DNA of 64,000 bases, from the NCBI GenBank assembly GCA_963700145.1, contig OY969474.1:32001-96000 (forward strand). Direction: 5' to 3'. The first letter of the stretch is position 1. Every line of letters begins with the position of its first letter. Both the position numbers and the translations under genes were made by a program. The notes beneath the pieces are model-generated. The model did no database searches. It was given only the letters and a program-made list of their open reading frames with translations, and was not told the DNA's origin. Of this stretch, positions 1-8,755 are shown piece by piece. Source of the DNA: an uncultured Acidobacteriota bacterium. GTDB taxonomy: Bacteria > Acidobacteriota > Thermoanaerobaculia > Multivoradales > UBA5704.

Positions 1-528
1 GTCGAAGCTGCGCAGCTCGTCGGCGTAGCGGAGCTGCTGCATGACGAGGCCGTTCTCGAACGGGCGCAGCAGGACGAGGTAGCTGCGGCCGCGCGCGAGG
101 TAGGTGGCGAGCGCGGCGTACCCCGACTCCTTCATCGCCAGCGCCAGCAGGCGGTAGGGCTTCGGCCCGCCCTTGTCCGGCCCGAGGTAGTAGGACTTCT
201 CGAAGTAGATCGGATCGACCGCGGCGAGCGGCACGAACTCGGCGATCTCGATCGCGTTGGTGGCCTCCGGCTCGAGCGCCTTGAGCTCCTCCTCGTTGAA
301 GAGGACGTACTGCCCCTTGGCGAACTCGTACCCCTTGGCCATCTCGTCGCGCTCGACGAAGACCTCGTCGGTGGGGCACCAGTAGCGGTACTTGAGGCGC
401 GTGCCGCAGGAGCGGTGCACCATGTTGAAGGAGACGGCGCTCTGCGGTTCGCCGGTCGAGTACAGCTTGACCGGGATCGCCACGAGGCCGAAGGAGATCG
501 TGCCGGAGCCGATCGCACGTGCGGGCAT
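1..528 (-). CDS. ku: Ku protein (NHEJ end-binding), 3' end outside window
   Basis: Manual translation from ATG 528: MPARAIGSGTISFGLVAIPVKLYSTGEPQSAVSFNMVHRSCGTRLKYRYWCP...KGYEFAKGQYV...IEIAEFVPLAAVDPIYFEKSYYLGPD, the canonical prokaryotic Ku N-terminus. Absent from the ORF track because there is no stop in the window. Confidence 0.95.
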   Translation of the reverse strand, partial: MPARAIGSGTISFGLVAIPVKLYSTGEPQSAVSFNMVHRSCGTRLKYRYWCPTDEVFVERDEMAKGYEFAKGQYVLFNEEELKALEPEATNAIEIAEFVPLAAVDPIYFEKSYYLGPDKGGPKPYRLLALAMKESGYAALATYLARGRSYLVLLRPFENGLVMQQLRYADELRSFD

Positions 529-589
529 AATGCGGAAAAGTGTAGCACGGAAGGCTAGTTAGGGGCGGTGGAGGGGGCCCGCGGCGGGC

Positions 590-1008
590 GATTGGGCTGG
601 GTCGGCCGCCGGACTGCGTAAGTAGAGGACCGGATGGGCCTTCGCGACGGCCAATTGGGCTGGGTCGGCCGGCCAACTGCGTAGGTTGGGGACCGCGGAG
701 CGCTCCGCGCCCAGCGAATTGCGTAGGTTGAGGACCGAATGGGCTGGGTTGGCGGACGAACTGCGTAAACTGAGGACAGGAGTGGGTCGATCGGTAGCAC
801 GACCCAGCCGGTTTGCCCGACGAACCGCGTAAAACGAGGACCGGAGCTGCCATTTCGGCAGAGAACCCAGCCCAACGGCCCGGCAAACCGCGTAGGTTGA
901 GGACCGCGACCCCTCAATCAGCCGGCGAATTGCGTAGGTAGAGGACCGGAGCGCTCCATCCGGCCGCCGAACCGCGTAAAACGGGGACCGCGGGACCCGA
1001 ATCGCCGC
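590..1008. repeat. Degenerate 21-nt-register repeat array; 8 copies of an approximately GAAYYGCGTARRWHGRGGACC unit
   Basis: GCGTA cores at 616, 679, 721, 763, 827, 890, 932 and 974 (spacings 63, 42, 42, 64, 63, 42, 42). A second motif TGGGCTGGGT/ACCCAGCC occurs in the intervening 21-mers in both orientations. Confidence 0.9.
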
Positions 1009-1443
1009 TTACGGCGCCGTCGGAGCGCCGCCGTTCGGGCCGGCGGGCGGCGCCGTCAGCCCGCGCCGGTCCAGCTCGGCGCAAAACGCCCGGCGCAGCA
1101 CCTCCTCGAGCTCGGCGCGCGTCCGCGGCAGTCCGGCGAGGGCTGCGTCGCGCTCCGCGGGGCTGCGGCGGGCGATCCAGTCGCTCAGGCTCCGCTTCGC
1201 GGCGGCTTCCTGCTCCGGGAAGGCGAGCGACAGCAGCTGCGACACCGGCACGTCCAGCACCTCGGCGAAGGCCATCAGGTGGTCGACCGTCAGCCGGCTC
1301 TCGCCGCTGAGGAGCTTCCCGAGGTTGCCGTTGCCGACCCCCAGCCGCCGCCCCAGCGCGCGCTTGCTCCAGCCGTCGCGGAACAAGGCCTCCACCGCCT
1401 CGCTGAGCAACTGTCGTAGGTCCTTCGTGTCGAGCTGGGGCAT
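1009..1443 (-). CDS. XRE/Cro-family helix-turn-helix protein
   Basis: From ATG 1443: MPQLDTKDLRQLL...WSKRALGRRLGVGNGNLGKLLSGESRLTVDHLMAFAEVLDVPVSQLL, an HTH_3-like pattern. Confidence 0.8.
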   Translation of the reverse strand: MPQLDTKDLRQLLSEAVEALFRDGWSKRALGRRLGVGNGNLGKLLSGESRLTVDHLMAFAEVLDVPVSQLLSLAFPEQEAAAKRSLSDWIARRSPAERDAALAGLPRTRAELEEVLRRAFCAELDRRGLTAPPAGPNGGAPTAP

Positions 1444-1515
1444 CTCGACCGCGGAGTATGGACCCCTCCACACCCGCTGTCCACCGGGAACACCGCCGCC
1501 GCGCCGGCCGTTTCC

Positions 1516-1544
1516 TTGACTGGGCGCCTCCTGGGTGCCAAACT
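1516..1544 (+). promoter_or_regulatory. Putative sigma70 promoter for tRNA-Phe
   Basis: TTGACT (1516-1521), 17-nt spacer, CAAACT (1539-1544), followed by a GC-rich discriminator CCGCCG. Confidence 0.5.
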
Positions 1545-1591
1545 CCGCCGTCCGCGCGGGAGCCCGACGGCCTCCCAAGACTGCCCACCGT

Positions 1592-1667
1592 GCCCAGGTA
1601 GCTCAGTTGGTAGAGCACGTGACTGAAAATCACGGTGTCGCTGGTTCGATTCCGGCCCTGGGCACCA
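1592..1667 (+). tRNA. tRNA-Phe (GAA)
   Basis: 76 nt. GCCCAGG/CCTGGGC acceptor stem, D-arm GCTCAGTTGGTAGAGC, anticodon arm CGTGA-CTGAAAA-TCACG, T-loop GGTTCGATTCC, encoded CCA. Confidence 0.98.
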
Positions 1668-1681
1668 CTCAGAGCGCCGCC

Positions 1682-1984
1682 ATGGACGAGCTCCGAAACG
1701 CCATCCGGCGACAGGACCTCTCGGCGTTCTGCCGCCGTCACGGCATCCGGCGGCTCGCTCTGTTCGGCTCCGTGCTGCGCGACGATTTCGGGCCGCAGAG
1801 CGACGTTGACGTCCTCGTCGAGTTCGAGCCGGCCGCACGCGTCGGCCTTCGCTTCTTCACCATCCAAGAGGAGCTGACCGCGCTGCTCGGCCGGCGAGTG
1901 GATCTCAACACTCCCGCTTTCCTCAGCTCGGCGTTTCGCCAGGAAGTGCTGGCAGAGGCCGAGAATCTCTATGTCGCGGCGTGA
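1682..1984 (+). CDS. mntA: Minimal nucleotidyltransferase (MNT) antitoxin
   Basis: [24 protein letters not shown] (GSx10DxD) and LLGRRVDL; overlaps the downstream HEPN gene. Confidence 0.9.
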   Translation: MDELRNAIRRQDLSAFCRRHGIRRLALFGSVLRDDFGPQSDVDVLVEFEPAARVGLRFFTIQEELTALLGRRVDLNTPAFLSSAFRQEVLAEAENLYVAA

Positions 1985-2315
1985 CGATCGCGTCCGGCTC
2001 GGTCATATGTTGAGCCATGCCCGCGAGGCCATTGGCATGGCCCAGGGCCGCTCGCGCGCCGATCTAGACACCGATCGCCAGTTCAACCTGGCGCTCGTGC
2101 GCCTCGCCGAGATCGTCGGCGAGGCCGCCGCTCGGATCACGACAGAGACGCAGGAGCGCCTGACCTCCGTGCCCTGGGCGGAGGTAGTCGGACTTCGCAA
2201 CAGAGTGATCCACGGTTACGACGAAGTGGATTTCGACATCTTATGGAACACCGTCGTCTTCGACTTTCCGCCTCTCGCGGAAGAGATCGACCGCTTTCTA
2301 AGGGGTCGCGCTTAG
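1971..2315 (+). CDS. hepT: HEPN (DUF86) RNase toxin
   Basis: EIVGEAA...PWAEVVGLRNRVIHGYDEVDFDILW with an intact Rx4HxY motif. Confidence 0.92.
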   Translation: MSRRDDRVRLGHMLSHAREAIGMAQGRSRADLDTDRQFNLALVRLAEIVGEAAARITTETQERLTSVPWAEVVGLRNRVIHGYDEVDFDILWNTVVFDFPPLAEEIDRFLRGRA

Positions 2316-2620
2316 GCATCGATCAGCTCCGGTTCGATGCGCTGCCAAAGAGAAGGCTTGATGGCGCGTCGCGAGACGAGATCCACCCGGCGCCCCAGCG
2401 CCCGCTCAAGCTCCTCCCCGAGATCGACGAAGCGCAGGCCGATCGAGGGGTCTACCTCCACTAGCACATCGACATCGCTGTCCTCTCTCGCCTCGCCGCG
2501 TGCCCAGGAGCCGAAGAGGGCCAAGCGCCGGATCGGGTAACGGCCGCTGAGGATGGCGCGCTGCTCGCGCAATGTCGCCAGGATCTCTTCGACGGTTGGC
2601 ATGACCGAACTCTGCCTCAT
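2312..2620 (-). CDS. Orphan MNT nucleotidyltransferase
   Basis: [23 protein letters not shown] and LGRRVDLV; directly downstream of res. Alternative start at 2602. Confidence 0.88.
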   Translation of the reverse strand: MRQSSVMPTVEEILATLREQRAILSGRYPIRRLALFGSWARGEAREDSDVDVLVEVDPSIGLRFVDLGEELERALGRRVDLVSRRAIKPSLWQRIEPELIDA

Positions 2621-5434
2621 TTACCCGTGCGCCGCCAGCACGTCCGCCACGTCTGACGGCGACCGCGACACGTCGCACGCCCACCGCCCGAACCCCCCGT
2701 GCTCGTTGACGGCGGCGACCCACTCGGCGAGGAAGTCCCGCTTGGTGCGGTCCTGCGCGGTCTCCTGGCCCTTCGTCTCGAGCACCAGCAGCACGCCGTT
2801 CGAGAGCCGCACGAGGAAGTCCGGCCGGTACTTGTGGACGCCGCCTTCGAAGAGGTAGTGGACTTCGAAGCCGAGGTGCTCGTTCTTGGCCCAGGCGGCG
2901 ACTTGGGGGTGGTGGTCCAGGGCGAAGGCCTCGCTCGATTCCCAGGCGCTGTCGAAGACGCAGAAGTTGATGTGCGAGCGGTCGGTCGGGGCGTTGGGCT
3001 TCGAGGTGTACCAGGGGAGCATGTCGCCGGTCGAGCGGAGGGGGCGCTCGCGGTCGAGGACGAGCTTGCGCGCGGTCGTGTTCTCCAGGCGGATGGCGTC
3101 GAAGAGGTGCTGGACGATGCGGCTCATGTTGAGGGTCAGGAGGATGCGCCGCCGCAGCGGGTCGTCGGCGTAGGCGCGCGGCGTGATGGCGATGCGGTCG
3201 GAGGCGAGGAACCGCTCGACGATCCGCACGAGCTGGCCGAGCAGCGCCTCGCGGCTGCCGGGCCAGCCGGGCTTGACCTGGTCGAAGACCTCGGCGGCGG
3301 TCTTGAAGGCGATCGTCTGCATGCGGTTGCGGCGGCCGAGCTCTTCGAGCTCGATCTGCGCGATGCGGGTCGGGTCGGGCTTGCCGTCCACGGTGGGCGC
3401 GATCTCGGCGAGCTGGATCGTCTCGTGCGCCTCGAGGTGGAGCGGCGGCACGGCCGACAGGTCGAGGGTCAGGCGCGTACCGTAGACCTGATCGATTCGC
3501 ACGACGTTCGGCCACTCGATCGCGAGCTCCGCTTTCTCCGGCACCGGCTCGATCCGCGTGCGCGGCTTGGGCGGCGGGGGCGGCGTCCCCTCGGTCGCCT
3601 CGTGCGGCAGGAAGGTGAACGGCACGCCGAAGATGTTGACGAACTCGGGGCGGAAGAAGCCGCTCTCGGGATCGACCTCGTAGCTCGTGCGCCGCAGCCC
3701 GCGCCCCACGACCTGCTCGCAGAGGAGCTGGCTGGTGAAGGCGCGCAGGCCCATGATGTGCGTCACCGTCTTGGCGTCCCAGCCCTCGGAGAGCATGCCG
3801 ACCGAGATCACGTTCTGGATGTGCTCGCCCGGCTTGCCGCGCTGCCCGACGCTGTCGACCTGCTGGCGCAGCGCCTCGGCCTGCTGCTGCTTGGTGAGCT
3901 TGCGGACCGGCGCCTCCTCGTCGGCGGTTTCCTCGTCCTCGTCCGCCGCCTCCACCGCAGCCACTGATGCCGCGGCCTCCGGCGCCTCCTCCCGCTCCTC
4001 GGCCATCTCCAGCACCTTCGAGTCGATGTGGAGGAGCCGCTCCGGGTCGCCCAGCTTCTCGATCAGGATGCGCTTCTTCTCGAAGGCCGTGTGGATGCGC
4101 GCCGCCGTCTCGGTGCGGTTGCAGACAGTGATCATCACCGGCGGCGTCGCGGCGCCCTCCCGCTCCCACTCGTTCGCCGTCTCCTGCCAGTCGCGCCCGA
4201 GGAGGTAGTAGGCGTTGGTCACGAGCTGCGGCAGCGGCTCGTGCGGCTCGGCCTTGCGGTTGAGGTCGTCGGCGACGTGCGGGTAGATGTGGAAGAGCTT
4301 CGAGCGGTAGCTCTTGGCGTCGGGCACGCCGTCGTCGCGGATCACCACCCGCGGCGTCTTCACCAGCCCGGACTCGATCGCGTCGGAGAGCCCGAAGTCG
4401 CTGACGATCCAGCCGAAGAGCGCCTCCTCCTGGCTGCGCTTGCCCGACGGCACGAACGGCGTGGCGGAGAAGTCGTAAGCGGCGAGGATGCCGCGCGCGC
4501 GGTGGATGCGGTCGAGGCCGCCGACCCACTTCGTGGCCTCTTCGACCTCGGCCTTCGAGACGCCCGCCACCTTCTGCCCGGCGGGGACGCGCCAGGCGTG
4601 GTGCGCCTCGTCGTTGATGACCAGGAGGCTGCGCGCGCCGGCCAGGTCGCCCAGCACGTCGCGCACGTAGGCCTCGTCGCTCTTCGCGCCGCGCTTGTCG
4701 ACGGAGCGCCGCTTCTGCGAGCCGCTCCTCGCTCTCCCAACCGAGCGCGTGCCAGTTGCGCACCAGCACCGTCCCCTGCCGCAGCCGCTCGCGCAAGCGC
4801 GGAGGGGACGACGTCGAAGGCGTCGTAGTAGCTCTCGGGGTGCGCGGTCTCGAGCACCTGCAGGCGGCTCCGCACGGTCAGGCCCGGCGCCACGACGAAG
4901 ACGTGCTTGGCGAAGCGGCGGTCCTGCGGGTCGGCGACCTTGTTGAGCACGTGCCAGGCGATCGCCATCGCCATGACGATCGTCTTGCCGGTGCCCGTCG
5001 CCAGCTTGACGCAGAGGCGCGCGAAGGCGCCGCCGTCGCCCGCGAGCTCGATTCCCTGCCGCTCGGCGGCGGGCGCCTCGGTCAACCAGATCAGCGTCTC
5101 GACGGCCTCGAGCTGGCAGAAGAAGAAGCGCTGCCCCTCCTCCCGCTCGGGGGTCGTACCAGTGCTCGAGCAGGCGCTTCGTCGTGCCGGTGACGCCGGG
5201 GTAGCCGGCCGCCCGCCAGGCGGCCACCCGCTCGCGGATCCGGTTCACTACCGGCAGCTCGACGAAGATCCCCGGATCGTCGAAGGAGTCCTGCCCCGGT
5301 GTCGCGATCACGTACCCCGCCGGGCGCCGGCCGTCGCGGAGCTCGAAGCGCCGGAGCTCGCGGTCGTAGCCCCAGTGGCGGCGCGGCTCCTCGTACGGGG
5401 AGTTGACGATCAGGTGGTCGATGCCGCGGGGCAT
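2621..5434 (-). CDS. res: Type III restriction enzyme Res subunit (SF2 helicase + PD-(D/E)xK nuclease), frameshifts near 4.7-5.15 kb
   Basis: KLATGTGKT (Walker A, in the alternate frame 4360..5085), INDEAHH, SATP, MLSEGWD, QVVGRGLRR, and C-terminal YRPDFLVRL...LETKG. Confidence 0.9.
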   Translation of the reverse strand: MPRGIDHLIVNSPYEEPRRHWGYDRELRRFELRDGRRPAGYVIATPGQDSFDDPGIFVELPVVNRIRERVAAWRAAGYPGVTGTTKRLLEHWYDPRAGGGAALLLLPARGRRDADLVDRGARRRAAGNRARGRRRRLRAPLRQAGDGHRQDDRHGDGDRLARAQQGRRPAGPPLRQARLRRGAGPDRAEPPAGARDRAPRELLRRLRRRPLRACASGCGRGRCWCATGTRSVGRARSGSQKRRSVDKRGAKSDEAYVRDVLGDLAGARSLLVINDEAHHAWRVPAGQKVAGVSKAEVEEATKWVGGLDRIHRARGILAAYDFSATPFVPSGKRSQEEALFGWIVSDFGLSDAIESGLVKTPRVVIRDDGVPDAKSYRSKLFHIYPHVADDLNRKAEPHEPLPQLVTNAYYLLGRDWQETANEWEREGAATPPVMITVCNRTETAARIHTAFEKKRILIEKLGDPERLLHIDSKVLEMAEEREEAPEAAASVAAVEAADEDEETADEEAPVRKLTKQQQAEALRQQVDSVGQRGKPGEHIQNVISVGMLSEGWDAKTVTHIMGLRAFTSQLLCEQVVGRGLRRTSYEVDPESGFFRPEFVNIFGVPFTFLPHEATEGTPPPPPKPRTRIEPVPEKAELAIEWPNVVRIDQVYGTRLTLDLSAVPPLHLEAHETIQLAEIAPTVDGKPDPTRIAQIELEELGRRNRMQTIAFKTAAEVFDQVKPGWPGSREALLGQLVRIVERFLASDRIAITPRAYADDPLRRRILLTLNMSRIVQHLFDAIRLENTTARKLVLDRERPLRSTGDMLPWYTSKPNAPTDRSHINFCVFDSAWESSEAFALDHHPQVAAWAKNEHLGFEVHYLFEGGVHKYRPDFLVRLSNGVLLVLETKGQETAQDRTKRDFLAEWVAAVNEHGGFGRWACDVSRSPSDVADVLAAHG

Positions 5435-8124
5435 CAGTCGATCTCGAGGATGCGCAGCGACTCGATGCCGCGGTCGTCCACCATCTTGACCGCCACCTTC
5501 TGGCCGGGCGCGCCCGCGAAGGGCAGCGACACCGTGCCGCGGTAGGCCTCGATCGCCTCCTCGTCGATCTCGGCGCGCAGGCTCTTGGCGAGGCGCGCCC
5601 AGCCCTCGCCGTCGCCCGCCATCGGGAAGAACACCTGGCGCGGGAAGAGGCTGCGGTCGTCGTAGTCGGGGTCGAGCATCCAGAGCGCGATGCGCCGCAC
5701 GTCGCCCGACTCGATCTCGCCGGTCTTGGTGTTGTAGTAGTCGAAGCCCTGCACCTCGACCTGCCAGCTCCCGGCGTGCTCACCCTGCCTCGACGCGCCG
5801 CAGCTCGACGTCCGGCTGGCCGACCAGCCAGAAGGATCTCGTTGCTGGCGCGCTTCTTCTTGAGGTCGTCGGTCAGGAGGTCGGGTTCATCTGCGCCTTG
5901 AGGAGCGTCATGCCCGGCCTTCGCGGGCGTCAGCTCGTCGATGTCCTTGGCGGCCTCGGGGTCGAACTGGAAGGCGGCGAAGACGAGGAGGGCGGGCTTG
6001 GCATCGAGGGAGCGCGCCTCCTGCCAGGCGCGCTCGACCTGCTTCTGCTCCAGCGGCGCGTGCTCGGGGCCGAAGGAGACGACGACGCGCTGCGCCGCGC
6101 TCGCCGCGCCCTCGGCGACGTGGCCCGCGCCGGCGTCGTTGGGCAGCGTCTCGGCCTCGGCGTGGAGCCAGCGCGTGCCGGCGAGCGGCTCGACGCGGGA
6201 GAAGAGGATGCGCTGCCCCGACTTGCCGCGGATGCCGGTCTTGAGCAGCTCCTCGCGCCACTCGGCCTGGCGCAGCGTCGCGCCCGAGCGGGCGGCGGAG
6301 ACGTCCGGCGGCGGGTGCATCGGCGGCTCGTCCGCGACCGTCGAGCGGCTTGACCACCGGCGCCGGGCACCGCCTCGACGGTGAACGGGCCGGTGACGCG
6401 GGCCCGGCTCTTGTCAGCCTTCGGCTGGTCGTAGAGCGTCTCCTGATCGGCGTACTTGGCGATGGCGCGGTCGATCTCCGCGCGGCTCATCCCCTCGCGG
6501 ATCTCGGGGTTGTTGGCGATCGACTTGAGCGTGACGTGCGGGACGGTCTTGTAGACGAAGCCGCTGGCGACGCCTTCGTTCGGGTGCGCCAGCTCGTAGT
6601 AGTCGTAGACGCGCCGTCATGAGCCGCTGCTTGGCGAGGGCGATGGCGACGCGCGAGGTGTCGCAGGTGATCCAGCGACGGCCCCACTGCTCGGCGACGA
6701 AGGCGGTGGTGCCGGAGCCGCAGGTGGGATCGAAGACGAGATCGCCTGGGTCTGTGGTCATGAGGAGGCAACGGGCGACAACCTTCGCATTGGTCTGAAC
6801 GACGTAAATGCGGGCCTCCACAAACCCGCCGAGACCCGTATCTGTCCCACCAGTTGCTCAGGGGCCTATGGCCGAAGTCATCGTGATAGCGGACGTACGA
6901 AGGTGTGTTTCCAGAAAGCGGTCACGCGGCCTGCCAACTGTAAGTGACGCATCCCTTCGCGGTGTCGTTGCCCAATGTCGGCCGGCCGGCGGCCTGAACG
7001 TCCTCCCATCGATCTCGAGGGGATAGATGCATGTAGCGGATGATGCCCATGTTCGAGATCTGGTCGAGCCTGAAAGGACGAGCACCTTCGCGTCTGCACT
7101 TCGTCCTTGCTCGATTTCGTCGCGAGACAGTCGGCCGCTTGCCGGCAGATCCGTCTACAAATCGATACGGTGCTACTCGGGTCCCAGCGGTCGTTCTTGG
7201 TAAAGCTGCCGGTACTTCACACTTTTCTTGCTTCGTGCGTACCAGAGGATGTAGTCGGCGACAGTTCCCAGCACGATCGTCTTCGCAAACGGGCTGCTTG
7301 CCCCGCTGGTCTTCCTGAAGTTGATCACCGAACAGAAGTTCTCTGCGCCGAAGACCTCGTCCATCAACTCTCTAACGTGGTGCAGGTTCTCATCGCTGAT
7401 CTGCACGAAGATGGAGCCACTTTCGTGCAGGAGCTCTCGTGCTAGCAGATAGGCGGTCTCGAAGGTACGTCAGGTACGAGTGGATCCCCAGCTCCCACGT
7501 GTCTCGGAACGCCCGGATCATCTCCGGCTCCTGCGTCAGGTCTTCGTCCCTGCCGTCCTTCACGTCCCGCCGGTTGACGAAGGGCTGGAAGTTCGATCCG
7601 TACCGGATGCCGTAGGGCGGGTCGATGTAGATCATCTGCACCTTGCCCGCCATGCCCTCCTTCTCGAGCAGCGAGTTCATCACCAGCAGCGAGTCGCCCG
7701 CCACCATCCGGTTGCTCCAGCCGTGCGCGTGCTTGTAGAAATCCAGCGCCTCGCGCAGCGGCCGCTGCTCCTCCGGGCGCGCGAACATCGACATCTGCTC
7801 GGGGCCTCGCGCCGCATCGCCGTTGCGCTTGCGCACGGCTTCGAGCATCGTCTTCGGATCGATCCGCTCGTGAACGTGCAGCGACACCGTCGGCACCTCG
7901 AAGCTGGTGTGCTCGGCCTTGCCGGCCCAGACGAGCTGCGGGTCGAGGTGCGGGTCGTACGCGTACTTCTTCTTGCTCTCTTCGGGGTCGGTCTCGGGCT
8001 TCACCAGCCCGACCGGCGGATTGTTGAGGCGCGTCTCGTGCGTGTGCTCGTACTGCTCGATCGGCTTGCGCGAGCTTTTCGACCGACCGCCGTCGGTCTT
8101 CCTGGGACGTGGCATCCGGCGCAT
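5434..8124 (-). CDS. mod: Type III R-M DNA methyltransferase (Mod), several frameshifts
   Basis: Pieces join into one gene: [60 protein letters not shown]-terminal [21 protein letters not shown] overlap with res. Alternative start at 8115. Confidence 0.9.
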
Positions 8125-8181
8125 TTCTCCAGAGTGGGCGCCTCGATTCTACATGGGGACTGCGCTACCATTCCGTTCGCC

Positions 8182-8454
8182 ATGGCTGCCACGACCGAGA
8201 TCGGAAGCCTCATCGAGCGCCGCCCGGATGTGCGGGGGAATCGGCCGATCCTCAGTGGCACGGGTGTCTCCGTCCACCGCATCGTCGGGTGGTACAAGCT
8301 TGGTCTGGGCCCGGAGGAGATCGCCGAGAATTTCGACCATCTTTCCCTAGCGCAGGTCCACGCGGCGCTTGCCTACTACCACGCGAACCGCGAAGAGATC
8401 GAAGGGTACCTTGCCAAGGAAGAGGCCCCAAGCCGATTGGCTCAGGCTTCTTAG
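8182..8454 (+). CDS. DUF433-domain protein (antitoxin-like)
   Basis: IERRPDVRGNRPILSGTGVSVHRIV...GPEEIAENFDHLSLAQVHAALAYYHANREEI. Confidence 0.85.
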   Translation: MAATTEIGSLIERRPDVRGNRPILSGTGVSVHRIVGWYKLGLGPEEIAENFDHLSLAQVHAALAYYHANREEIEGYLAKEEAPSRLAQAS

Positions 8455-8496
8455 GCCGTAGCTTGCCCTAAGGCTCGCAACGCTGTCGGGGCGACG

Positions 8497-8718
8497 TCAC
8501 CGAGAGGTCTGGCGCGCCCCGTTGAGGATCTCCTCCAGGCTCATCCCCTCGAAGTGCTTGTCGCGCCAGCTCTGGTAGTCGAACGGCTCGTGGCTCAGGA
8601 GCGCGAGGAACCGCAACGTCTCGACCGGTCCGAGGCTCGCCTCGAGGACCGCCAATCCCTTCGCGCGAAGGGCGTCGTCCGCTAGTGCTTCAGCCACTCT
8701 CAAGGTCCTCCAAAGCAC
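8497..8718 (-). CDS. Small hypothetical protein resembling antitoxins of PIN toxins
   Basis: KGLAVLEASLGPVETLRFLALLSHEPFDYQSWRDKHFEGMSLEEI pattern; start uncertain. Confidence 0.55.
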   Translation of the reverse strand: MLWRTLRVAEALADDALRAKGLAVLEASLGPVETLRFLALLSHEPFDYQSWRDKHFEGMSLEEILNGARQTSR

Positions 8719-8755
8719 GGGTGTTTTCTCGCGCGGCTCTCGGCCCGAGCTCGTG

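Noticed and set aside
555-917. 120-aa ORF over the repeat array
   Set aside because: It changes repeat frame midway, has no RBS and no recognisable domain; probably incidental.
590-1008. CRISPR array
   Set aside because: Repeats are only about 21 nt and degenerate, spacers are 21 or 42-43 nt and share motifs with each other, and there are no cas genes in the window.
2621-8124. Phase variation or programmed frameshifting in mod/res
   Set aside because: I saw no simple-sequence repeat tract or slippery site at the shifts, and the same indel pattern affects unrelated genes such as cox.
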